DNA of 64,000 nucleotides from a virus. The stretch spans positions 103,585 to 167,584 of the IMG/VR virus record IMGVR_UViG_3300042484_002041. One strand, given 5' to 3'. Within the stretch, counting starts at the first letter, position 1. Each line of letters opens with the position of its first letter. The position numbers and the translations under genes are program-made. This document shows, in pieces, positions 39,709 to 49,216 of the stretch. The notes below the pieces were generated by a model, which was given only the letters and a program-made list of their open reading frames with translations, was not told the DNA's origin and searched no databases.

Positions 39709-40532
39709 TGTGGTTTAGAATCCTCAGTGAGATTAAGTTTTTTTATTACAAAATCAGCAAATATATCGCTGTTGCTCGGATCATAATGAAATCTTGCATT
39801 AGCAGTACTATTAAGCACAACCAAGGCTCTATAATTAAATTCCTGTACATCTACTTTGTAGTTTGGTGGTAGCCAACTGATATTTTTTTCATGTGCGTGT
39901 ACGAATAATGGATCAACAAATACTATAAATGGGATTTGATGTTGTTGTAGACGGCGACAAGCATCGCTAATAATCCAACAATCCTGTTGCCGTTTAACAC
40001 GTGAATCATACAGATTTAACATGTATAGCTTTATCGCAGACACCTGCTCATCATTTAATTTGTAAAAATTATTCACTTTATTGTCTGGAAAAGCTAAATT
40101 ACCTAACGATTCACTTATAAGTGTAGGATCTGTTAAAAATTCATGCTTACTAGATAAATCTGGATGGGGGCTATACTGTATATTTGAAATCCCTCGATCC
40201 GGCTTGTAGTATCCCGGTTGAGTTCTTAACCAATTTTTAAAATTAAACTTATTCCTAATCCAGGTGATAAGCGTCTGGTTATTAGAATTTATTATCGGGA
40301 GTTCAATTCGATCCCATGTAGTAGTTCCGACTACTACATAATCCACACCAAGTTCGATAGCTTTATCAATCTGAAGAGCTATAGTAAAATTGCTACACCC
40401 GCCACGGGCTAGACTTACTAAATCAAAGTCGACTTTGTTTGCAAGTTTTTCTCCAAAACTCAATCCTGGGTAGTCGAGATCGGATGTGAACCAACTAGCT
40501 CCGCAGACTGCTATTTTTTTACGATTGTTCAT
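39705..40532 (-). CDS. SGNH-like hypothetical protein inserted in the baseplate operon
   Basis: AVCGASW, SLARGGCSN, TTWDRIE and a late FHY; visibly more AT-rich than its neighbours. Confidence 0.6.
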   Translation of the reverse strand: MNNRKKIAVCGASWFTSDLDYPGLSFGEKLANKVDFDLVSLARGGCSNFTIALQIDKAIELGVDYVVVGTTTWDRIELPIINSNNQTLITWIRNKFNFKNWLRTQPGYYKPDRGISNIQYSPHPDLSSKHEFLTDPTLISESLGNLAFPDNKVNNFYKLNDEQVSAIKLYMLNLYDSRVKRQQDCWIISDACRRLQQHQIPFIVFVDPLFVHAHEKNISWLPPNYKVDVQEFNYRALVVLNSTANARFHYDPSNSDIFADFVIKKLNLTEDSKPQ

Positions 40533-42022
40533 TATGCTGCCGGCACCTCTTCTGTTACGGTAGTATCCGGTGGTACTTCTTCAGTTACTACATCATTAGC
40601 CGTTGTATCAGTTTCTACAGGTGCGACCCCTCTGTTGTGATATGGGTACGGCTCATGTGTAGGTGCACGAGTCACAGAACTTATCAGTGTGCCGGGCTCA
40701 ACTTTCCACCCTTCGTTGGCAACAAATTTTACATCAGGCAATTCCTTATCGTCAATCTTGACTGAGGGAAGTACATTAGGCGGCGCGCCCGAGTTGAGCC
40801 CAATAGTAGTACCCTTGAAGTTTAATGTGCTTTCTGAATTCCATCCCCCGACGCCGGCTGACTTTAGTGCCAGAGCACCAGACGAATTGATGCTAACCGT
40901 GTTGGTTCCATCAAGTATTAACTTGTTAGTAGCAACCAGGTTCATAGCAGTGGCAGTCAACTTGACGTTGACACTTTTCAAGTTGATGTTCTTTCCAGCA
41001 TACATGTTGATGTCATCATCTGCGTGGAGATTAATTGTACCTTGTGTTCTTATGTTAACCGAGTTAGTCGAGAATACATCCATGGTACCTTCTGATCCCA
41101 GTTCAATCCAGGACTGCCCGTTAGCATGTGTTATATAGAAACAATCGCCATCATCACTCATGGTAATCTGATGGCCTTTACTGGTACGAATACGTACCAG
41201 ATTGTCGTAGCCGTCGATGTCGCCATCGTCCATGATAACGCTGTGGCCGCCACGACGGCCAATAATATTCAGATTTGCAAGAGTGACCTGGCCGGCTGCT
41301 AGCTGTTGTTGAAGTTGTTCATCAGTAATGCCGCTTTGATAGATTGCTCGGCCCGGGGTCGAAACACCGTATACTGAGCTAGGGCTTTCTCTCTGGCTGC
41401 TGGACGTGATGGGACCGCGGATAACATCATCAATCAGCCCTTGCTGTAACATGATAGCAGCAACGTAGGAATGGATTGGTTTAGGTGCGTCGAAGAATCG
41501 CGGACTTTCGGCAATTTTTGGGTCTACATTGTTAATTTCAGTCACTGGCAACTGAGCACTCTGAGAGAAGTATGGGTTATCAGATGGTATAAAGTTCCTT
41601 GTTCCGGCCACTGCCGGAATCATGTGATTAAGTCCATCTTCGGGCAAGCAGCCCACATAAATTCCCTGGTTAGGGTCGCCACCAATAAAAAAGCAAATTA
41701 CTCTTACGCCAATATCCGGCGGAGTAAACCACATGCCATAACTTTGTGGGTTGCTGCGAAATGTGCCCGGGCTAGAGTTAGAAGCTTCGCCGGGAGTAGA
41801 TCCGTAGAATGGCGGTATATAGCTAACTGTTCGCCACAGGCTAGTGTCATCTATTTTTTTTCCAGCAAACTGTTCAATATAAACCTGTAGACGTCCGCTG
41901 CGGGTAGGGTCAATGTTGTTACGAACTTCGCCAACAAATGGCCCAAATTCCGTAGGCGTGCCACCTCGTCCAAATTGATACCCTTGGCCACGACCCCGGC
42001 TGCGCTGTATATTATCTGCCAT
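40532..42022 (-). CDS. gp5: Baseplate central spike (gp5/VgrG-like OB-fold plus beta-helix)
   Basis: DPTRSGRLQVYI...YGMWFTPPDIGVRVICFFIGGDPNQGIYVG; GHSVIMDD...RIRTSKGHQITMSDD...SWIELGSEG. Confidence 0.82.
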   Translation of the reverse strand: MADNIQRSRGRGQGYQFGRGGTPTEFGPFVGEVRNNIDPTRSGRLQVYIEQFAGKKIDDTSLWRTVSYIPPFYGSTPGEASNSSPGTFRSNPQSYGMWFTPPDIGVRVICFFIGGDPNQGIYVGCLPEDGLNHMIPAVAGTRNFIPSDNPYFSQSAQLPVTEINNVDPKIAESPRFFDAPKPIHSYVAAIMLQQGLIDDVIRGPITSSSQRESPSSVYGVSTPGRAIYQSGITDEQLQQQLAAGQVTLANLNIIGRRGGHSVIMDDGDIDGYDNLVRIRTSKGHQITMSDDGDCFYITHANGQSWIELGSEGTMDVFSTNSVNIRTQGTINLHADDDINMYAGKNINLKSVNVKLTATAMNLVATNKLILDGTNTVSINSSGALALKSAGVGGWNSESTLNFKGTTIGLNSGAPPNVLPSVKIDDKELPDVKFVANEGWKVEPGTLISSVTRAPTHEPYPYHNRGVAPVETDTTANDVVTEEVPPDTTVTEEVPAA

Positions 42023-45000
42023 TAGTATTCCCTTGCAATCTGTTGTGGTGGTTCAGGATCTGCAGCCATTGGCGTAAATCCAAATGATACATTGGGCTCG
42101 ATCCCGACCTGCTGTGTACCACTAGTGGGAGGATCCGATGGTAGTGCCGCAGCAGTATTTGCTAAATCTACCCGCCTTGGATCTGTGGCAGCAAATGCTG
42201 CCGATGATTGTCCACCACCGGTTAATTGATCTGTATTAATTCCCAACTCGCCTAATGAATTCGGGTCTATGATGTCAGTTTCTGCAGATTGCTGGGTGCG
42301 GGAGTTATTATTAGCAGGATTCGAAAATCTTCTTGTTGATTCAGAATTTAAGTCGGTAATATCCGTTTTCTTGGTTGCCTTTGCCGGGAATGTTATCAGA
42401 ACCCCATCTAGGTCTTGAGTAAACCGACCACGGCTAAAATTACTCGTAACCTCAACTGCCTTGTACACATAAACATTATAGTTAGGACGGACGTTTTGAT
42501 TTGGATTCATCAAGCCTGTATCCATATCATAGTCAACAGGTGTGTTGAACTCAATCTCAAAAAGCACTTCCTGATTTTCAAAATTTATAGTGCCATCGGT
42601 TAAAAAGTTGTTGCTGTAAATCTTTTTACCTTGTAAGCCGTTCCACAACTCGCCTTGTTGTAGCCAGGCTGGATCGCCAACAATGGACATTTTAACCCGT
42701 GCTTGGTCCGCAGGGCTGTACAAGTAGGCGGCTGCGTTAGCGCCAGGCTCATTTGTTTTTCCGGGCTGGCCTTGATCGCTAATATTACTTCTTGTTTGCC
42801 AACTGTTTTTTTCTTGCTCTCGACCGTATGGCGTAGAGGTACGGTTGGTGGCGTTGACTGTGTTGTAGAACAAGTAGTTAAAGTCTTGCTCAAAGGTTAA
42901 AATCTGACTGTTTTGTCCAGTAAACCAATGCTTGTATTGTTTGTGTACACCATTTTTTCGACTGACCGGAAAGTAATCGCTACGAACACCATATACTTTG
43001 TACATGCTGACTTGATAAGTTATTTTATAAGCATAATCGTTGCGCTTGGGGTCATAGCCCTTGGGTGTTACTTGCGTACCAATACGATACCAGGCGAATG
43101 GACCTGCTGGTTTTCCGCTAGGGGTGTCTTTGTCATCAACCTCATTGCCCTCTTTGTCAACAGCAGGAGACCTAAGTTGTTGATCATAAATGTAGGTGCT
43201 ATTGCGCACTGCTTGGTCAATAAACTGTACAATGCTAGTACCTGCTAGTATTGCAGCATTTTTACTGTTAAAGTTAACAGTTTGTTTACTTGACAGCTTG
43301 GCTTGGGCAGCGTCTGCTGGTATTACCATGCCCACAGTAGCATTGCTTGTGAGCTTATTATCTTGCCTCGGCGGCTGCGTTTTGGCGTTTTGCATTGCAT
43401 CATCAACAATGATAATTTCGTACTCGTCGGGTATTGTAAATGTTCCCGGAACACGCTCTTGTTCAAATTTGTTAAGTGCTGCTGCTAGCCCTGATACAAT
43501 TGTCGGATTGGGTGCAGCACTGGCCACAGGTGGCGCAGTTTCTGTACTGGTATTAGCACGGGAAGAATCCGGCACAGGGGCATTATTAGTAGTATACTTG
43601 GCATTGCCAGACAGCAACTCTTTGAGCGTGGTGGCTGTTACTTCAACGTTGTACGGTATGACCCCGCGTGCTTGCCCAGTTGCGATACCATTCTGAGGAC
43701 AAACGGCGCTGCACTCATATTCAGTTAACTTGTTAGCAACACGGAACTTGATACCAGTAAACTGGAAAGGAATAAACTTTTCAACAATAGCAGTAGGGCC
43801 CATTGTTTGGTCAAAGTTGACCACTTCACCATTGACGTTGACTAAATTACCATCCTGGTCGTACCCATAAAATCTAATCACCATTAGATAGTTTTGAGCT
43901 GCATAATTTTGTGGTGATTTTGTTGCTCCTTGCGCTTTGGCCTGTTCCTGACAAGCAAAATACAAGTTATCTAATAAAGAAATGCCATTGGGTTCTGAAA
44001 TACGAAACCCTAGCTCAACTGCATTGTGCGCTCCTCTGGTGCCTTTGCCCATGAGAAGACTGCGTATCTTGACATCATCAATATAATAATCCAGTGGGAA
44101 AAACTGGTTACGAGAAGCAGCAGAGGGTGCAGCTTGATCAGTATTAATGCCCAGCTCACCCACAGTGTTTAGAACAGCTTGATCAGCAGAGTTGCTGTCT
44201 TTTTGTGCAGTTCCCATGGTGCCCTGAGGGGCTCCGCCCGACTGCATCAGCAGTTGCATGCCGTTTGTGGTCTTTTGTGGAGATTGTAATAATTTTGCGT
44301 AGGCCTGGGGACTTGCTATGTAGATGCTGATATTATAGGTATAGCTAGAATATTTGTCAAGCACATTGTCTTGGGGGATTAGTGCAGTTGCAGCAGTGCT
44401 GCCATACGCTGCATTGATGCTGCTGCGCACGGAGTTGTCATCTCCTGGGGCTCCCTTGCCCGAATCTCTAGTAGGGGACGCCACAGGGGTCGCTGCACTA
44501 GAACCAGCGTCTTCATTTAATGCACCAAAGTCTGTGCCCCGGGCAGCGGATTGTGCCGACGGCGCGGCTGCACCGGGTGTTGCTGTAAACGGTGGGTTTG
44601 ATTGTGTGGTGCCTATCGTTCTCGTGGGGGCATTGAGTCCAGTGTCGGTAGTTTTGTCTGGATCAAATGCGTCAGCGTTGCTGGGGGTCTGGGCACTGGC
44701 TGTTGCAGTGCTGGCCGGCGCTGCCGGTGGTGGCACAATTTCACCTGCCGAGACTGGGGGCGCAGCAGGTGGTGTCGGTGTATATAGACTCTTCAGTGAC
44801 GCATCTACTTCATTTATTACAGGGATCATACCTAGAAACCAGGCCGTCTGGGCTGGTGTCGCCGTGGGCGAAGCGGCAGTTCGGTTTATGCCACTGATAA
44901 CGGTAGCAGCAGAGCCGTCAAATACTATACTACCTGAACTACTTATCACCTGAAACGTTACATCCCCGTTGACTGTGTCGAGCATCCCCAGAATAGTCCA

Positions 45001-45054
45001 ATCACCACCCGGTGGTATATTAGGGTAGCTGCGTGTCTGTTGTACGATTGCCAT
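42022..45054 (-). CDS. Baseplate hub-like structural protein (gp27-like)
   Basis: NVLDKYSSYTYNISI; C-terminal MSIVGDPAW...YKAVEVTSNFSRGRFTQDL; lies upstream of gp5. Confidence 0.6.
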   Translation of the reverse strand: MAIVQQTRSYPNIPPGGDWTILGMLDTVNGDVTFQVISSSGSIVFDGSAATVISGINRTAASPTATPAQTAWFLGMIPVINEVDASLKSLYTPTPPAAPPVSAGEIVPPPAAPASTATASAQTPSNADAFDPDKTTDTGLNAPTRTIGTTQSNPPFTATPGAAAPSAQSAARGTDFGALNEDAGSSAATPVASPTRDSGKGAPGDDNSVRSSINAAYGSTAATALIPQDNVLDKYSSYTYNISIYIASPQAYAKLLQSPQKTTNGMQLLMQSGGAPQGTMGTAQKDSNSADQAVLNTVGELGINTDQAAPSAASRNQFFPLDYYIDDVKIRSLLMGKGTRGAHNAVELGFRISEPNGISLLDNLYFACQEQAKAQGATKSPQNYAAQNYLMVIRFYGYDQDGNLVNVNGEVVNFDQTMGPTAIVEKFIPFQFTGIKFRVANKLTEYECSAVCPQNGIATGQARGVIPYNVEVTATTLKELLSGNAKYTTNNAPVPDSSRANTSTETAPPVASAAPNPTIVSGLAAALNKFEQERVPGTFTIPDEYEIIIVDDAMQNAKTQPPRQDNKLTSNATVGMVIPADAAQAKLSSKQTVNFNSKNAAILAGTSIVQFIDQAVRNSTYIYDQQLRSPAVDKEGNEVDDKDTPSGKPAGPFAWYRIGTQVTPKGYDPKRNDYAYKITYQVSMYKVYGVRSDYFPVSRKNGVHKQYKHWFTGQNSQILTFEQDFNYLFYNTVNATNRTSTPYGREQEKNSWQTRSNISDQGQPGKTNEPGANAAAYLYSPADQARVKMSIVGDPAWLQQGELWNGLQGKKIYSNNFLTDGTINFENQEVLFEIEFNTPVDYDMDTGLMNPNQNVRPNYNVYVYKAVEVTSNFSRGRFTQDLDGVLITFPAKATKKTDITDLNSESTRRFSNPANNNSRTQQSAETDIIDPNSLGELGINTDQLTGGGQSSAAFAATDPRRVDLANTAAALPSDPPTSGTQQVGIEPNVSFGFTPMAADPEPPQQIAREY

Positions 45055-45055
45055 G

Positions 45056-45313
45056 TTATAACCCCAACACTGAACGTATCAACTCTGGCTTAGGCAAGTA
45101 AATTCCGACACCTACTACAAAGTCAAAGAATGGGTCAGCCAATCTGTTTGGGTTTCTGGCGGCGAATGTCCACCATAATCTAGAATCGCTGTATAAGTCA
45201 AATGCTAATAAGTCTGCAAGACTGCTGTCAATTTCCGTGATGTCTCTCTTTGCAACCGCAATTTGTTCTCGAATACCAGCAATAATTTCTTTAATTTCTG
45301 CAACGGTAGCCAT
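45056..45313 (-). CDS. Truncated/chimeric second copy of gp53-like wedge protein
   Basis: C-terminal DLLAFDLYSDSRLWWTFAARNPN...FDF...IYLPK matches the neighbouring gene; the N-terminus is an unrelated coiled-coil-like segment. Confidence 0.6.
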   Translation of the reverse strand: MATVAEIKEIIAGIREQIAVAKRDITEIDSSLADLLAFDLYSDSRLWWTFAARNPNRLADPFFDFVVGVGIYLPKPELIRSVLGL

Positions 45314-45316
45314 AAA

Positions 45317-45616
45317 TTAAAACCCCAGTGTGCTGCGCAATGTAGTAATCTTGGGAATGTAGATCATTTTGCCTGCTTCAAAATCCCAGGGTGGTGCAGT
45401 TAACGTGTTGGGATTGCGTTGATAAAACACCCACCATAGATTAGATTCCTGATACAAGTCATATGCCAGTAGGTCTGGGCGGTATTGGTACGTCTGATTC
45501 AACTTGATAAGATTGTCATCGTTCTCTTTGGGGATGGGACGATTGACCATGTTGTCAAGATAAAACTGAGAATATGGCGTAGTAAAGTACGGACTTGTTG
45601 CGTTGTAATTAGCCAT
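45317..45616 (-). CDS. gp53: Baseplate wedge protein (gp53/LysM-like)
   Basis: YRPDLLAYDLYQESNLWWVFYQRN...IYIPK. Confidence 0.8.
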   Translation of the reverse strand: MANYNATSPYFTTPYSQFYLDNMVNRPIPKENDDNLIKLNQTYQYRPDLLAYDLYQESNLWWVFYQRNPNTLTAPPWDFEAGKMIYIPKITTLRSTLGF

Positions 45617-47190
45617 TACCAGAACCCTCCCTTGAGCAGGCTGCCGCTGGCATATTGTTGCAAGTTAAATATCTTGCTGATGTCCGAGCGGCTTTGGATC
45701 GGCAACAATGTAAGACTGATATCCATTTTAGTGGGCACATAAGTAGGAGAATTAATTTGTAGGGTTGCTGGCGGCGGGGGTTTAGTCATGCCACCGGGTG
45801 CTGCCTTGATGCCCAGTAGTCTGCCCAACACAGCAGTAATGGTAGTCGGAGCAGCTATACCACGATCCCGACGATCAGTCAAGTTGGTACCGTTGTTGGA
45901 TACACTTCCGGCTCGGATGTAGTCCACATCATTAGGAAGATTGTAACTGAAACTAGACACCAACACAGGATGATAGTTGAACTGGTATTGCCCCAGGCCG
46001 GACAAGAAACACACCGGGGGAGGCGCGCCACGCATGGGGTCAGTAGCACCGTAGAACATCTTGGTAACACTGCGGAAAAAGTGAATCACTGCCAACAAAT
46101 AGTTAGCCTCGGACGTGTCCTGTGCAGTAAAAGTACCTGTCAGGCTTATTTCTTCCACGGCGCTGTTTTGATAAAAGTAGCCACGATAGTTGCTGTGCGT
46201 CAAGTCATAGGGAGTATAGTTTGCACGGTACGCAGTTGATATGGTAGGGGTGTAAGGGAATATCACACCATCTGTGTACAACAAAGGTTGCATGATACCA
46301 GCCGCAGACACCTGACCTGCATCAAGCTGCTCAAGTGCTGCAGCCTTGTACAAGTAGGTGGAGTTGGGAGCCAGGCTCAACTTGAATCGCCAGTCGCCGT
46401 CGTTTGCCTGTTTGCGTTGTTGTGACAAGCTGGTTTGATCACGGGCTTTTTGGAGCGTTACTTCTTTGCTAATCTGGGCAATTTGTTCGGTACTCAGTTC
46501 CCGACCTGCTCCTACCCGAGGATCTTTTTTAGGGGACATTGCAGCAACATCATCAGTAATGACGTCGTTAACTGCTTGGTCAGACGTACGGTACGGATCT
46601 TTTGCAGCTTTTGGGACAAAATTTAGCTCTGCTGCGGCATTGGCCGCAGCCAGGTCTTCTGGGTTTCGCTCATCGAACGGAAAAGCTTGTGCGGCCGGTG
46701 CGTCAGTTGTTATAGGTGGTGGTGGCGCTTCAGTTTGCTCATCGTACGGATAGGTCTGTGCGGCTGGGGTATCTGTTGTAGCTCGTGCTGGCGGGACAGC
46801 AGCAACTGCATTAGGATCCCCTACTGTCCCGCCAGGCGGAGTGTTTGTTTGGGTACCGGGCGGCCCGGTTTCTGCTTTTGCAGCCTCTGCGTTGGCATCA
46901 TTACGTAACTTTACTAAAGCTGTACCTTCGGCAACAGCTGATCGGATTTGGGCGCCCAGGGCATTTGATTTATTTTGTAAATCTCCGGCTAGATTAGCTA
47001 ATCGAGCTTCTTCGGCAGTATTACCACTGGCAATGGCCCTTTTTCGCTCGGCTTGTATTTCATCAAATTGCCGTATTATCTCTACTTGTTCTTTTCCTAA
47101 TGAAGCAGCGGTGGCTCTATACTCGGTGATTTGGGCAGTATAGCCTGCGGCTACTTGTCGCCAATCTGCTGCTGTGGTGGGGTCTGCCAT
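45616..47190 (-). CDS. Tail-tube initiator/baseplate-tube junction-like protein (gp48/gp54-like)
   Basis: N-terminal coiled coil and Pro-rich linker, then GVIFPYTPTI...HSNY...FTAQ...HFFRSVTKMFYG...PPPVCFLSGLG...VSSFSYNLPNDVDYI. Confidence 0.6.
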   Translation of the reverse strand: MADPTTAADWRQVAAGYTAQITEYRATAASLGKEQVEIIRQFDEIQAERKRAIASGNTAEEARLANLAGDLQNKSNALGAQIRSAVAEGTALVKLRNDANAEAAKAETGPPGTQTNTPPGGTVGDPNAVAAVPPARATTDTPAAQTYPYDEQTEAPPPPITTDAPAAQAFPFDERNPEDLAAANAAAELNFVPKAAKDPYRTSDQAVNDVITDDVAAMSPKKDPRVGAGRELSTEQIAQISKEVTLQKARDQTSLSQQRKQANDGDWRFKLSLAPNSTYLYKAAALEQLDAGQVSAAGIMQPLLYTDGVIFPYTPTISTAYRANYTPYDLTHSNYRGYFYQNSAVEEISLTGTFTAQDTSEANYLLAVIHFFRSVTKMFYGATDPMRGAPPPVCFLSGLGQYQFNYHPVLVSSFSYNLPNDVDYIRAGSVSNNGTNLTDRRDRGIAAPTTITAVLGRLLGIKAAPGGMTKPPPPATLQINSPTYVPTKMDISLTLLPIQSRSDISKIFNLQQYASGSLLKGGFW

Positions 47191-47254
47191 ATACTATCCT
47201 AGTCGATATTGTATTTACCGGCTCCAAAAAACACTAGCATTATAGGTTCAGAGC

Positions 47255-47288
47255 TTGACTTATCGGCAGCATTGTGCTACAATAAATA
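47255..47288 (+). promoter_or_regulatory. Sigma70 promoter (extended -10) overlapping a late-type AATAAATA box upstream of gp55
   Basis: TTGACT (47255-60), 17-nt spacer, TG-c-TACAAT (-10 at 47278-83); AATAAATA at 47281-88. Confidence 0.75.
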
Positions 47289-47307
47289 TATTTTAAGGAA
47301 CCCTAAA

Positions 47308-48186
47308 TTGGCTACCACTACACCTAGAGTAAACTATCTCAACAATCGAGACCTGCTCAAAGAGATCCACTTGAGCAAGAACACCTATTGTTCCTTTTTG
47401 ACACCTGAACTTGATCATAGATATGATCTAATTTTGCCCAGTGTTAGTAAAATTAATCAAAAGACCATTGCCGAAGCTCGAAAAGCACAGGCCGATCGTG
47501 TCAAATACGACACCGGCGAGGTAATCAACGAGAAGAAGATTCTGGTTACCGATCTTGTGTTCAGGGTCATGACCCGCGAGCACATTCCACTGGCTCCAAA
47601 GAAAAAGCCCAAGGTGTTGGCCAAGAAGAAAAAGATCGAGGACATTTTAGAGTTTGAAGAGATGCCACTGGATGACCCACTAGATGACTTGATCGACGAG
47701 CCCATGCTGGATCCTACTCATGTGCGTGTGAACTTCCCACCGTTCTTTCACTATCGGGTTACTGATCACAAGATTCCATATCTTGTGGGCAAGAGTCACT
47801 GGCGCGGCGATCTCGAAACCGGCGAGTACTGCCGGGATCATGGAACAATGACCAAAAAGCTGGCCCTGATGTTTATCAAGCTGTGCGAACGCTATGCAAC
47901 ACGCAGCAACTGGCGCGGGTACACTTACAATGAAGAAATGCGCGGCCAGGCGCTGCTTCAACTCAGCCAGATTGGACTACAGTTTGATGAGTCAAAAAGT
48001 GCAAACCCTTTCGCATACTACACCGCTGCCATAACAAATAGTTTCACCCGTGTGCTCAATATTGAGAAGAAGATGCAGAACATCCGTGATGACATTTTGG
48101 AAATGAACGGCCTTAACCCAAGTTGGACTCGACAAAATTCCGGCAAAGTGCCAGGCGCTGTCGTTCCTGTTGCTAGCGAAGAATAA
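47308..48186 (+). CDS. gp55: RNA polymerase sigma factor for late transcription (T4 gp55-like)
   Basis: NYLNNRDLLKEI; NWRGYTYNEEMRGQALLQL...FDESKSANPFAYYTAAITNSF. Start placed at TTG 47308 after AAGGAA, because the ORF-track start lies upstream of the promoter. Confidence 0.85.
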   Translation: MATTTPRVNYLNNRDLLKEIHLSKNTYCSFLTPELDHRYDLILPSVSKINQKTIAEARKAQADRVKYDTGEVINEKKILVTDLVFRVMTREHIPLAPKKKPKVLAKKKKIEDILEFEEMPLDDPLDDLIDEPMLDPTHVRVNFPPFFHYRVTDHKIPYLVGKSHWRGDLETGEYCRDHGTMTKKLALMFIKLCERYATRSNWRGYTYNEEMRGQALLQLSQIGLQFDESKSANPFAYYTAAITNSFTRVLNIEKKMQNIRDDILEMNGLNPSWTRQNSGKVPGAVVPVASEE

Positions 48187-48199
48187 TACACACTTACAC

Positions 48200-49216
48200 A
48201 TGGCAAACCTATTCAAGAAGGCCATTGTCTTTACGGACATTCACTTTGGTCTGAAAAGCAATAGCCTGCTACACAATCAGGACTGTGAAGATTTTGTAGA
48301 TTGGATCATTGAAACAGGACAAGCACAGGGCTGCGAGACTGGCATGTTTCTTGGGGATTGGCACCACCACCGCGCCTCTATCAACTTGCAGACCCTGAGC
48401 TTTAGCCTTAGGTCCTTGGAAAAGCTCAGTGCTGCTTTTTCACAGTTCTTCTTCATCCCCGGCAATCACGATTTGTACTACCGGGACAAGCGTGACATCC
48501 ACGGTGCAGAGTGGGCCAAGCACATCCCCAACATTCACATCTGCAATGACTGGTTCCAGGAAGGTGATGTTGTAATTGCCCCTTGGCTAGTCGGGGATGA
48601 CCACAAACGTATCGCCCGGATGTCCGGCAAGTACATGTTTGGTCATTTTGAGCTGCCACACTTTAAGATGAATGCCATGGTGGAAATGCCCGATCATGGC
48701 GACATCAAGGTGGAACACTTTGGACAATACGATCAAGTGTTCTCCGGACACTTTCACTTGCGGCAGCGCCAAAAAAATATCAATTACATTGGCAACAGCT
48801 TCCCACATAACTTTGCCGATGCCGGAGACACCAAGCGTGGTTGTATGATCTTGGATTGGGGACAGGAGCCCGAGTATCACGCCTGGCCCAATCAACCGCT
48901 GTACAATGTATGGGACTTGAGCCATGTTATCGATCATGGCGACACTATCCTCAAACACAACATGCATGTCCGGGTGCAGTTGGATATTGAGATTTCATAC
49001 GAAGAAGCCAGTTTTATCAAAGAAACATTTGTCAAGACCCATAATCTTCGCGAGATGGCACTGATTCCAAACAAGCGCCAGTCACTCGAGGACGACATGT
49101 CTCCCGGTGATGTCAAGTTTGAAAGTGTAGATCAAATTGTAACTGATCAGATCACCAAGATTGAATCTGAATTCTACGATCCCAAACTATTGCTGCAAAT
49201 TTATCAAGCTCTATGA
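48200..49216 (+). CDS. gp47: Recombination endonuclease subunit (Mre11/SbcD, T4 gp47-like)
   Basis: FTDIHFG, LGDWHH, PGNHD, GHFE and SGHFH metallophosphoesterase motifs. Confidence 0.92.
   Translation: MANLFKKAIVFTDIHFGLKSNSLLHNQDCEDFVDWIIETGQAQGCETGMFLGDWHHHRASINLQTLSFSLRSLEKLSAAFSQFFFIPGNHDLYYRDKRDIHGAEWAKHIPNIHICNDWFQEGDVVIAPWLVGDDHKRIARMSGKYMFGHFELPHFKMNAMVEMPDHGDIKVEHFGQYDQVFSGHFHLRQRQKNINYIGNSFPHNFADAGDTKRGCMILDWGQEPEYHAWPNQPLYNVWDLSHVIDHGDTILKHNMHVRVQLDIEISYEEASFIKETFVKTHNLREMALIPNKRQSLEDDMSPGDVKFESVDQIVTDQITKIESEFYDPKLLLQIYQAL

Noticed and set aside
38162-47143. Many long antisense ORFs (e.g. 44354-44953, 43196-43696, 40689-41138)
   Set aside because: They are shadows of Ala/Gly/Thr-rich sense genes, with no independent signals.
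47209-47307. ORF-track N-terminal extension of gp55 (also the extensions at 5469-5534, 58502-58564, 54636-54671 and 48170-48199)
   Set aside because: These extensions run through promoters or overlap neighbouring genes; downstream starts fit better with SD or coupling signals.
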